Positions 27,421 to 35,838 of a DNA stretch of 64,000 nt are shown here, one piece after another. Origin of the DNA: a virus (lineage: Duplodnaviria > Caudoviricetes); IMG/VR virus record IMGVR_UViG_3300043432_000238, positions 15,333 to 79,332 of that record; one strand, 5' to 3'. The first letter of the stretch is position 1, and the number at the start of each line of letters is the position of its first letter. A program made the translations under genes and the position numbers. The notes under the pieces were generated by a model, which was not told where the DNA came from, made no database searches, and was given only the letters and a program-made list of their open reading frames with translations.

Positions 27421-28238
27421 CCGCGGACGAACTCAACGTCGCTATCGCGCAGATCGCTACCCTGCCGCGCGTGCGTTTCGAGGTCGGCCTGGGCGAAAGC
27501 GCGGACAACTGGCTCCGGAAGAAGCATGCCCAGCCCGGCGATGTGCATGAGCCGGCGACGCTGGCTGCGTTCCTCGCCGCCTTCAAGCGCGGCGGCATCA
27601 AGCAGATTTTCGACGTCGGCGCGCTCTACGGCTATTTCACGCTGTTCGCGCTGAGCCTGTTCGACGAGGCCGAGGTCACCGCCTTCGAGATGCATCCCGG
27701 CACCGTCGGTCCGCTCTATTACAACGTCGCCCCCTATGCCGGCGTCGTCGCTGCGGCGATCTCCGATCAATGCCGCCGGAAGCAAAAGATCTGGATCTCC
27801 GGCTTCAATATCTTCGAGGAGCCGACCGGCGGCTGGGAGATGCTGGAGACGATCCCCGGCGCGATGAAGGAGCGCGGCCCCGGCAATCGCGGGCGCGGCT
27901 TCGCCGAGGTCGACTTCATCACGCTGGATGCCTGGTGCGCCGACCATCCGGCGCCGGACCTGATCAAGATCGACGTCGAGGGTTTTCAGGCCAAGGCCGT
28001 CCGCGGCGGCCTCAACACCATCGCCGCGCACAAGCCGATGATCGTCATCGAGCTGCACGATCCGGAGAAGCTGGCGCGCTTCGGCACCACCAATGCTCAA
28101 ACCGTGAAGCCGCTGTTCGATCTCGGCTACAAGGCATTCTGGTGCCCGAACTTCCGGGACAAAAATGCGCGCTTCGAACCGGTCGAGGCGATGGATGAGC
28201 GGCATGAGAAGCTCTGCATCATGGTGTTTGCGGTTTGA
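27417..28238 (+). CDS. FkbM-family methyltransferase
   Basis: IFDVGALYGYFT...AFEMHP...LDAW...PDLIKIDVEGFQ. Confidence 0.88.
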   Translation: MTADELNVAIAQIATLPRVRFEVGLGESADNWLRKKHAQPGDVHEPATLAAFLAAFKRGGIKQIFDVGALYGYFTLFALSLFDEAEVTAFEMHPGTVGPLYYNVAPYAGVVAAAISDQCRRKQKIWISGFNIFEEPTGGWEMLETIPGAMKERGPGNRGRGFAEVDFITLDAWCADHPAPDLIKIDVEGFQAKAVRGGLNTIAAHKPMIVIELHDPEKLARFGTTNAQTVKPLFDLGYKAFWCPNFRDKNARFEPVEAMDERHEKLCIMVFAV

Positions 28239-29062
28239 AGGGCATCGTCGAGGCTGAGGCGTTTCCGGCACCAGCCGCCGCGGCATTATTCGGCCCTGGC
28301 GTTGTCAGTGTCGAAGAGGTGCGTTGGTCTGCGACCAGCGGCGCAAGAGGCCGGTTTTGGACGGCAGTCTCTCCAGATGGCGTATTCTGGGTTTCCGACG
28401 GCGAAGACCGGATGGCAGCATTGCCAAAGCGCGCATTGCGGTTTCTGCGCTCCGGCATCGCCTCGCGCTGCAATGGTCTGGTTGATCGTTACCTGAAGGG
28501 AATCGTCCCCGTCGGCGAAGGCGATACCGTCGTCAACTTCGGCGCCAATATCGGCGAGGTCGCTGTCACACTTGCGAAGCGCGGCGCGCGCGTCATCGCG
28601 ATTGAGCCCGACCCGAATATCCTTCCGTTCCTCGCAGCCAACGCGGAAGGCAAGCGGATCGAGATCGCGCCAGTCGCGGCGTGGTATCTGGATGGTGATG
28701 TCGAGGTGCACATCGCGACGGACACCGCCGATACTTCGGTGTTCGAGCCCAAGCCAGGTCGCTCGACTTCTCGGATGTCGTTGCCATGCCGCACGATCGA
28801 CGGTATCGTCGCAGATCGCGGAATCGACCGTGTCCGCCTTATCGTTGGGGACGCTGAAGGCGCTGAGCCCGAGGTGCTCGCGGGCGCGTTCGCAACCCTG
28901 GCGATGACCGACTATGTCAGTATTTCCTGCAGCGATGAGCGCTGCGGTCAAACGACGATCGACACATGTGAGAGGATCTTGTGGAACAGCGGGTTTGAAA
29001 CCGTCCACCGCGAAAGCACAAAATTCTGCATACTGATTGGGAAAAACCGAAGGTCTGAATGA
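28235..29062 (+). CDS. FkbM-family methyltransferase
   Basis: VNFGANIGEV...IAIEPDP...TIDGI...LIVGDAEGAEPEVLAG. Confidence 0.85.
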   Translation: MKGIVEAEAFPAPAAAALFGPGVVSVEEVRWSATSGARGRFWTAVSPDGVFWVSDGEDRMAALPKRALRFLRSGIASRCNGLVDRYLKGIVPVGEGDTVVNFGANIGEVAVTLAKRGARVIAIEPDPNILPFLAANAEGKRIEIAPVAAWYLDGDVEVHIATDTADTSVFEPKPGRSTSRMSLPCRTIDGIVADRGIDRVRLIVGDAEGAEPEVLAGAFATLAMTDYVSISCSDERCGQTTIDTCERILWNSGFETVHRESTKFCILIGKNRRSE

Positions 29063-29388
29063 CGACTGTCAGCTACACATCGGAGGTCAATATCCTCGCC
29101 AAGACGGTGAAAGTCGAATGGGCTGGTCTTTCCGCAGGCGACGAAGGCCAGCCCTTTGATTGCACAGGCTTACGGCTTGCTTCGATCCAAGCTACCGGAG
29201 ATTTTGGCAGCGGTGGGAATGTGTACCTTCACGCCAGCGATGAGATTACGCCGACAAACTTTGGACGGTGGCAAAAAATCGAGCATGTCAGCATAGGCGA
29301 CGTGGATTTCACAATGTTCGGAGCGATCAAACCCGTTGCTGACGCCAATATCGCGAATGCGGGTGTCGCTCTCCTTTTCGCGCGGTGA
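29059..29388 (+). CDS. Small beta-sandwich-like protein, paralog 2 of 3
   Basis: VKVEWAGLSAGDEGQPFDCTGL...GDFGSGGNVYLHASD. Confidence 0.78.
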   Translation: MTTVSYTSEVNILAKTVKVEWAGLSAGDEGQPFDCTGLRLASIQATGDFGSGGNVYLHASDEITPTNFGRWQKIEHVSIGDVDFTMFGAIKPVADANIANAGVALLFAR

Positions 29389-30110
29389 CGCTGACCGTCT
29401 GCACCTATCTCTGGGAGCCCGTCGAAGGCAGCCGGTATTCCCGTTACGGACCCGACGACGTGCGCCTCCTTCAGCGGATGGTGGCGCGCAATCTATCCAT
29501 TCCGCATGACTTCGTGGTGGTCACCGATCATCCGGAAGCCTTCGCCGACGACAGCGCGATCAGGGTCGTGCCGATCGACTGGACGACGCATGTGTCTGAT
29601 ACCTGCTTCGTGCGCCTGTTCACCTTCAGCCCAAGAGCGAGGAAGATCATCGGCGAGCGCGTGCTGCAGCTTGACCTCGACACGGTCATCGTCGGAGATC
29701 TCGGACCGATCGTCGATCGCAGCGAAGACCTTGTGCTCTGGCGCAACCCGCGGAAATGGCCGCTGACTTTCCCGGAAGTCGGGCATGCCAAGAGGCTGTC
29801 CTGGTTCAATGGCGCGGTGATGTTGCACAGTCCCGGCACCTGGGGGGTGATCTGGCAGAATTTTGATCCGCATGACCCCGGTGCTAGGGACGATCAATGG
29901 TTGATTTCCGATTATGCGGGCAAGGACAATCCGTATTGGGATCAGAATGACGGGATCTACCGACCCGCGTCGCGATACAGGCCCTGGCAGGGTATCGGTG
30001 ACGGGAAATTGCCAGCGAATGCTAGGCTGGTGACCTTTGCTGGCGATTGTAAGCCATGGTTGCCAGAAGTGATCGCAGAAAATCCATGGATTCAGGAATT
30101 CAGGAGATAG
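29385..30110 (+). CDS. GT-A glycosyltransferase, paralog 3
   Basis: LQRMVARNLSIPHDFVVVTD; VLQLDLDTVIVGDL; FNGAVML; DDQWLI; LVTFAG. Confidence 0.85.
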   Translation: MTLTVCTYLWEPVEGSRYSRYGPDDVRLLQRMVARNLSIPHDFVVVTDHPEAFADDSAIRVVPIDWTTHVSDTCFVRLFTFSPRARKIIGERVLQLDLDTVIVGDLGPIVDRSEDLVLWRNPRKWPLTFPEVGHAKRLSWFNGAVMLHSPGTWGVIWQNFDPHDPGARDDQWLISDYAGKDNPYWDQNDGIYRPASRYRPWQGIGDGKLPANARLVTFAGDCKPWLPEVIAENPWIQEFRR

Positions 30111-30111
30111 C

Positions 30112-30435
30112 ATGGCAACGATCAATTACTCGATCGAGCAGAACCTTGCCGCTGGTTATACCAAGGTAGAATGGGCCGGTATGGCAACCGGCGATGTCGG
30201 TCAAGTCTTTGACTGCGCGGGCCTGCGCATCGCTTGCGTGCATCAATCGGCGACACTGTCGGGAAATGTCAACATCTACGCCAGCAATCAGATCACGCCG
30301 ACTGATTTTGGCTTGATCTTGCAGATGAACGAGACGTCGCCTCGGACGCCAGACCAGAAAGAGGTCGGTGCCGTCAAGCCAATCATTACAGGCACCGGCA
30401 CCGGCATTACCGTCGCGATCCTGTTCAAAGTTTAA
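30112..30435 (+). CDS. Small beta-sandwich-like protein, paralog 3 of 3
   Basis: INYSIEQN...TKVEWAGMATGDVGQVFDCAGL. Confidence 0.78.
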   Translation: MATINYSIEQNLAAGYTKVEWAGMATGDVGQVFDCAGLRIACVHQSATLSGNVNIYASNQITPTDFGLILQMNETSPRTPDQKEVGAVKPIITGTGTGITVAILFKV

Positions 30436-30437
30436 AC

Positions 30438-31112
30438 GTGCGCTGGCTCGACGTTGCCGGCCCCCCCGGCTGTGGAAAATCCACCCTCTGCTATCCGGTC
30501 TGGGGCGACAAATCCGTGACCTGGGACGGGCATCTGCCGCCCGCCTACTGGCAGCCGTTTCTCGACGAGATGACCACGCTCATGCTTCTGGTGCGCGATC
30601 ACCCGTCATTCGAGGCGGTGCTGCGGATGAATGACCGCTCCGCCAAGAAGATGGCGAGCGTCGAGCGCATCCGCGATGAGGGCACCTTCGTGCAGACCGG
30701 GCTCATTCAGCGCGTGCTCGGCTTCGGCTGGCGCCTCAAGGATCTCGGCCGGGACGTCAATCTGATCCGCCGCGCCTTGCGGGTGATGCCGGTCTCGGTC
30801 GGCGCGGCCTTTCTCGAAGCCGACGACGCGACCATCATCGCCCGCAACAAGGCCCGCGAGCAGGTGGCGGCGACCGCGCACGAAAACCGCTCTTTCCAGG
30901 CGCCGCTGATGCGGCCCGCCATCATCATCGCCAAAGAGGTTCTGCGTGAGCGAGGCGTCCCCTTCGTCGAGATCGATGTCCAGCATCAGCTCGTCAACGC
31001 TGCCCGGTTTGATCTGCTCGACTTTGCCGACCGGCAGCCTTGTGACGCCGCGCAGGTTCGATCTGGCGGTGAAATGGCGCCTGTTCCGGCACCTCCTCCA
31101 TGGTGGCGATGA
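30438..31112 (+). CDS. P-loop NTPase / small-molecule kinase-like protein
   Basis: N-terminal Walker A VAGPPGCGKSTL. Confidence 0.75.
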   Translation: MRWLDVAGPPGCGKSTLCYPVWGDKSVTWDGHLPPAYWQPFLDEMTTLMLLVRDHPSFEAVLRMNDRSAKKMASVERIRDEGTFVQTGLIQRVLGFGWRLKDLGRDVNLIRRALRVMPVSVGAAFLEADDATIIARNKAREQVAATAHENRSFQAPLMRPAIIIAKEVLRERGVPFVEIDVQHQLVNAARFDLLDFADRQPCDAAQVRSGGEMAPVPAPPPWWR

Positions 31113-31494
31113 GGACGCGGTTCGCGTCTATCGCTGGCACATCGAGAAGCGCTCCGGGCTCCGCATTAAGGCGGGACTGCCGACGGACGGCTGGAAGCGC
31201 AGTCTCGACGACTACCTCCAATCGGCGAGCGCGCTCGCCGGCTGCATGCGCCGGCAGGGCTTCTTTCGCGGCGGTGCCATTCCCGTCGATCCGGACGGCG
31301 AGCTCCTGGGCGGCGCTCATCGTTTGGCCTGCGCACTGGCGCTCGGCATTGCCGAAGTGCCGGTGACCCGCGATCAGCGCCGGGTGTGGGCGCCGGCTTG
31401 GGGTGAAGCGTGGTTCCGGGACAATGAGATGGCCGTCGAGGATATCGTCAGGCTCAGGCGTGACTGGCTGGCTTTGTATTCGGGCCAGCATTGA
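31009..31494 (+). CDS. ParB/sulfiredoxin-like domain protein (start uncertain)
   Basis: RFDLAVKW...YRWHI...GF...IPV...LLGGAHRLACALALGI. Confidence 0.65.
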   Translation: MICSTLPTGSLVTPRRFDLAVKWRLFRHLLHGGDEDAVRVYRWHIEKRSGLRIKAGLPTDGWKRSLDDYLQSASALAGCMRRQGFFRGGAIPVDPDGELLGGAHRLACALALGIAEVPVTRDQRRVWAPAWGEAWFRDNEMAVEDIVRLRRDWLALYSGQH

Positions 31495-33116
31495 CATCAG
31501 CCACACTCGCCGACCTTCAGGCCATTGAGCGCCTGATCGAAGGACTGCCGCCGGAAAGCCGCAAGGCGCTCGAAAGCATCCCCGCGATCAGGGAACGGCT
31601 CGGCAAGTGGCGGCCAAACCCGGGGCCGCAAGAGCAGGCTTATTATTCGAAGGCCGATTGCCTGCTCTATGGCGGCCAGCCCGGCGGCGGCAAGACCTCG
31701 CTGATTTTGGGCCTGGCCTTCAACGAGCATAAGCGCACGCTGATCATGCGCCGCGAATATGGCGGCCTCGACCGCATCATCGAGGATGCGCTGAAGATCC
31801 ATGGCAGCCGCGATGGCTTCAACGGATCGCCGCCGCCCCGGCTGAAAATCGACGGTGACCGCGTGATTTATTTCCGCGCGGCGCACCGCGTCGGCGATGA
31901 GCAGGGCACCATGGGTCAGGGCCGCGATCTGCTCGCCATCGACGAGGCGACGCAATTCGCCGAGAGCCAGGTCCGCTTCATGATGGGCTGGGTTCGCTCG
32001 GAAGATCCGCGCCAGCGCTGCCGCACGGTGCTCGCCACCAATCCGCCGCTCCAAGCCGAGGGTTTGTGGGTGGTCAAGATGTTCGCGCCCTGGATCGACG
32101 AGCGCTACCCAAGGCCGGCGCTGCCCGGCGAATTGCGCTGGGTGGTGTCGGACGCGGAAGGCAACGACGAATGGGTCGAGGGAGCGGATGACACGCGCGA
32201 GGTGGCCGGCAAGGTCGTCCGGCCGACCTCGCGGACCTATATTCCGGCGTCCACGAAGGACAACCCCTATTACGTCGACAGCGACTATGAGCGCCAGCTC
32301 GACGCCATGCCGGAGCCGTTCCGCTCATTGCTCATGGGCGGCTTCAAGACGCAGTTCCGCGACGACGACAACCAGCTCATCCCCACCGTCTGGGTGAAGG
32401 CGGCGCAGGCCAGGTGGAAGGCCGACGGCTGGAAAGAGTTCGATATGACGGCCATGGCGCTCGATCCTGCGGGCGGCGGTCCCGACAAGGGCGTGCTCGC
32501 CTGGCGTCATGGAGGCTGGTACGCGCCGCTCGTCGTCATCCGCGCGGATCAGGATGGCGATAGCGACGATCCGAACGCATCCGCAGAACGAGCGATGCTT
32601 CGTGCTTCGAAAATGGCCGCCAGCGTCATCATGCATCGCCGCGCGAGCGCTCCGGTAATCGTCGATATGGGCGGCGGCTATGGCGGCGATGTCTCGGCGC
32701 GGCTGAAAGAAAACGGCATCGCCTATCAAAGCTTCAACGGCGCCGAGAAATCGACCTTCATCGGCAAGGAGGGCGTCCGCTATGTCAATCGCCGCGCTCT
32801 CGCCTGGTGGCAGTTTCGTGACGAGCTCAATCCGGATCGCGAGGGCGGCTCGCTGATCGCCTTGCCGAACGATCCTGAGCTCCTCGCCGACCTGACCGCG
32901 CCGCGGTTCGAGATGACGCGGGCCGGCGTCAAGATCGAGGACAAGGACGAGATCAAGAAACGGCTGGGCCGCTCGCCGGACAAGGGCGACGCTGCGGTGA
33001 TGTGTCTCGCACCCGGTAACAAGGCCGTGAAACGCGTCGAGGCAATGCTTTCGCGCGGCGGCAAGCCGCTTCAGGCCAAGCTCGGCTATGCCAGCGCAAA
33101 AAGGGGAAAACGATAG
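31491..33116 (+). CDS. terL: Terminase large subunit
   Basis: LYGGQPGGGKT Walker A, LAIDEATQF Walker B, LATNPP, nuclease ALDPAGGGPD, SPDKGDAAVM. Confidence 0.95.
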   Translation: MTSATLADLQAIERLIEGLPPESRKALESIPAIRERLGKWRPNPGPQEQAYYSKADCLLYGGQPGGGKTSLILGLAFNEHKRTLIMRREYGGLDRIIEDALKIHGSRDGFNGSPPPRLKIDGDRVIYFRAAHRVGDEQGTMGQGRDLLAIDEATQFAESQVRFMMGWVRSEDPRQRCRTVLATNPPLQAEGLWVVKMFAPWIDERYPRPALPGELRWVVSDAEGNDEWVEGADDTREVAGKVVRPTSRTYIPASTKDNPYYVDSDYERQLDAMPEPFRSLLMGGFKTQFRDDDNQLIPTVWVKAAQARWKADGWKEFDMTAMALDPAGGGPDKGVLAWRHGGWYAPLVVIRADQDGDSDDPNASAERAMLRASKMAASVIMHRRASAPVIVDMGGGYGGDVSARLKENGIAYQSFNGAEKSTFIGKEGVRYVNRRALAWWQFRDELNPDREGGSLIALPNDPELLADLTAPRFEMTRAGVKIEDKDEIKKRLGRSPDKGDAAVMCLAPGNKAVKRVEAMLSRGGKPLQAKLGYASAKRGKR

Positions 33117-33338
33117 ATGTCGAACATGTTCGGCGGGCCTTCCGCCAGTGCCGCCGCGGCCGCGGCGCCGTCCAGGGCCCGCACGCTCCGCGTGGCCCCG
33201 CAGAACGATCCTGCCGCGGTCGCGGCGGCTCAGCGCACACAGCAGACCGCCGCCGCGACCGGCCGCGGGCTCTCGACCATCCTCACCGACCAGGTGAAGC
33301 AGCTGACCGGCTCCAGCGGCCAGAAGCTGGGCGCCTGA
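33117..33338 (+). CDS. Small pre-portal protein, copy 1
   Basis: DPAAVAAAQRT...GLSTILTD...GQKLGA. Confidence 0.75.
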   Translation: MSNMFGGPSASAAAAAAPSRARTLRVAPQNDPAAVAAAQRTQQTAAATGRGLSTILTDQVKQLTGSSGQKLGA

Positions 33339-33373
33339 CCTTTCGATTTCCAAGACCAAAGGGGAACATCATC

Positions 33374-33586
33374 ATGACGGCCTTATTTGGCGGCGGCGAC
33401 GTGAAGCAGCCCGAGCCCACCTCGCCCAAAACCATCCGCATGCCGACGCAGGACGATCCGGACGTGCTCGCCGCCGCCCAAAGGACGCGCCAGGCGGCGC
33501 TGGCGCGGACCGGCCGGCTGTCGACCATCCTCACCGACCAGACCAAGGCGACGACAGGCGGCGCCAGCCAGAAACTGGGGGCTTGA
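33374..33586 (+). CDS. Small pre-portal protein, copy 2
   Basis: DPDVLAAAQRT...GRLSTILTD...SQKLGA. Confidence 0.8.
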   Translation: MTALFGGGDVKQPEPTSPKTIRMPTQDDPDVLAAAQRTRQAALARTGRLSTILTDQTKATTGGASQKLGA

Positions 33587-33589
33587 CCC

Positions 33590-35323
33590 TTGGCCATGGA
33601 CAGCCGCGCCAAGGAAGTCGTCCGCATGGGCGACAAGCTGTTCAGCGACAAATACCAGTTGAACAGCTTGCACCAGGAACTTGCGCTCAACTTCTATCCC
33701 GAGCGCGCCGACTTCACCAACAAGCGCAATATCGGCGATGAATATGCCGATCACCTGTTCTCGTCCTTTCCGGTGATGGCGAGGCGCGAATTCGGCAATA
33801 TGCTCGACGAGTTCCTGTTTCCCGACAAGTTCTTCTCGATCCATGTCGACGACGAGGAACTCGATGAGGGCGACGCCGAGCGGGCGTTTCTGGAGCGGCT
33901 GACCAACATCATGTACCGGGCGATGACGGACCCGGCGGCCAATCTGATCATCGCCCGCGGCCAGACCAACCATGATTTTGCGACCTTCGGCGATGGCGTC
34001 ATCAAATTCGGGCTGAACGTCGCACGCGATGCACTGCTCTATACCAACTACCACCTGCGCGACTGCGCCTGGACGGACAATGCCGAGGGCCGCACCGACC
34101 TTCTGCATCGCGACTGGAACCCCAGCGCACGCCAGCTTTCCTCGCATTTCAAGGACAAGGTCTCCGGCGACGTCAAGCGCGCGCTGGAGAAAGATCCCGA
34201 CAAGAGGTTCCCCTGCCGCCATGTGGTGCTGCCCTCGCGCATCTACCGCTATCAGTCCAAGGGCGGCAAGGATTTCGATTTCGTCTCGCTCTATGTCGAA
34301 TGCGAGAGCGAAACCGTGCTCGAAGAGGTCGGCCTCAACTATTTCTGCTATGTCGTACCGCACTGGCAGCGCGTCTCGGGCTCGCAATATTCCTCCTCGA
34401 TGGCGACCAGCATCCTGCTCCCCGATGGGCGCACCATGCAGGTGGTGATGCGCACCATCCGCGAGGCCGGCGAGAAATATGTCGACCCGCCGATGATCGC
34501 GGTCGGCGAGGCCATTCGCGGCGATCTCGGCCTCTATGCCGGCGGCGTCACCAATGTCGATGCCGAATATGACGAGCGCCTCGGCGAGGTGCTGCGGCCC
34601 ATCACCCGCGACCGCGGCGGCTTTCCGATCGGCAAGGAGGTCGCCGGCGCCCTCAGGGACGACATCACCAAGGGCTGGTTCCTCGACAAGATCAAGCTGC
34701 CGGAGACCAGCTACCAGATGACGGCGACGCAGGTGCGCCGCATCATCCAGGAGCATATCCGCGCCGCCGGCCCGATCTCCAAGCCGATCCAGGCGTCCTA
34801 CAACTATCCGCTCTGCGACGGCACCTTCCAGCTCCTGTCGCTGGAGAAGGTCTTCCCCTTCGAGCAGATGCCGCAAAGCTTGCAGGGCCGCGATCTGAAA
34901 TTCAAATTCCGCTCGCCGCTCGACGAGCTGGTGGAGCAGAACGAGGCCGACACCTATGTCGACGTCCGCGACCGCATCTATCTGCCCGCGATCCAGCTCG
35001 ACCCGAGCCTGAAGGAGATCGTCGATCTGGAGGCATCGACGCGCGATGCCATGCGCTCGGCCGGCTGGCAGGCGAAATGGTTCAAGCCGAAAGAGGCCGT
35101 CGCCGGCGCGCGCCAGCAACAGGCGCAGCAGCAGCAGCTGTCCGAGTTGGCGGGCCAGGTCAGCACCGCAGGCCAAGTGGCGCAGGAAGCCGGCAAGGGC
35201 GTCGATGCCTTGATGACCGCAGGCCAGCCGAAGGGCGGGGCAGGCGGCTCGCCGCAAGCGCTGATGCAGCAGATGCAGCAGCAACAGGCGATGCAGCGCC
35301 TGCTCGGTCAGCAGGGGGCCTAA
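33590..35323 (+). CDS. Portal (head-to-tail connector)
   Basis: 577 aa; DFATFGDG, W..VSG..Y..S, YVDPP, MTATQV; Gln-rich tail; follows TerL. Confidence 0.92.
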   Translation: MAMDSRAKEVVRMGDKLFSDKYQLNSLHQELALNFYPERADFTNKRNIGDEYADHLFSSFPVMARREFGNMLDEFLFPDKFFSIHVDDEELDEGDAERAFLERLTNIMYRAMTDPAANLIIARGQTNHDFATFGDGVIKFGLNVARDALLYTNYHLRDCAWTDNAEGRTDLLHRDWNPSARQLSSHFKDKVSGDVKRALEKDPDKRFPCRHVVLPSRIYRYQSKGGKDFDFVSLYVECESETVLEEVGLNYFCYVVPHWQRVSGSQYSSSMATSILLPDGRTMQVVMRTIREAGEKYVDPPMIAVGEAIRGDLGLYAGGVTNVDAEYDERLGEVLRPITRDRGGFPIGKEVAGALRDDITKGWFLDKIKLPETSYQMTATQVRRIIQEHIRAAGPISKPIQASYNYPLCDGTFQLLSLEKVFPFEQMPQSLQGRDLKFKFRSPLDELVEQNEADTYVDVRDRIYLPAIQLDPSLKEIVDLEASTRDAMRSAGWQAKWFKPKEAVAGARQQQAQQQQLSELAGQVSTAGQVAQEAGKGVDALMTAGQPKGGAGGSPQALMQQMQQQQAMQRLLGQQGA

Positions 35324-35326
35324 CGG

Positions 35327-35659
35327 TTGAGCAAGCACGAAATCTGGCATCCGCCGCTCTATGAGAAGCAGGATGTTGCCGCCATCCAGTCGCTCGAGCG
35401 TTATGCCCGCACGGCGGGTTTGACGCCCCGCCCCGGCGAAGACTTCACGGCGCCATCGGCCGAGCAGATCAGGCGTTCGCTCGATTGGATCATCCACCAG
35501 GCTTGCGGCACCTATGACGAGCCGTTCGTTCCCGGCCGTCCAGATGTGCGCGACTACCTGCTCGGCCGGCGCTCGGTCGGCCTGGCGATCGTAAAACTGA
35601 CCAAGCTCAACATCGGCAAGGTCTTTCGCGGCAAGGACGATTTCAGCGAACAGGGATGA
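35327..35659 (+). CDS. Conserved post-portal protein (Bbp19-like)
   Basis: SLDWII...TYD.PF...DYLLGRRSVGLAI. Confidence 0.75.
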   Translation: MSKHEIWHPPLYEKQDVAAIQSLERYARTAGLTPRPGEDFTAPSAEQIRRSLDWIIHQACGTYDEPFVPGRPDVRDYLLGRRSVGLAIVKLTKLNIGKVFRGKDDFSEQG

Positions 35660-35838
35660 CCGACATGGCGAACGCGATGCCGAAAATGGACAAGGGATAC
35701 CAGGCCGAATGCGACCTCGGAACCTTAATCGAGGCCGAGAAGATCAAGCGCGACAAACCGCGCTTTAAAGCCGCTTTGGCCAAGCGCAAGGAACGGATGG
35801 CGGCAATGGCCGCAATCGATGAAGAGAAGGGTGAATGA
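35656..35838 (+). CDS. Hypothetical protein
   Basis: YQAECDLGTLIEAEKIKRDKPRFKAA; coupled at both ends. Confidence 0.7.
   Translation: MTDMANAMPKMDKGYQAECDLGTLIEAEKIKRDKPRFKAALAKRKERMAAMAAIDEEKGE

Noticed and set aside
33383-35497. 704-aa minus-strand ORF, and similar long antisense ORFs at 24300..25493, 27267..28286, 38760..40106, 41728..42921 and 46000..47310
   Set aside because: They are shadows of well-supported plus-strand genes in high-GC DNA and show no recognisable motifs.
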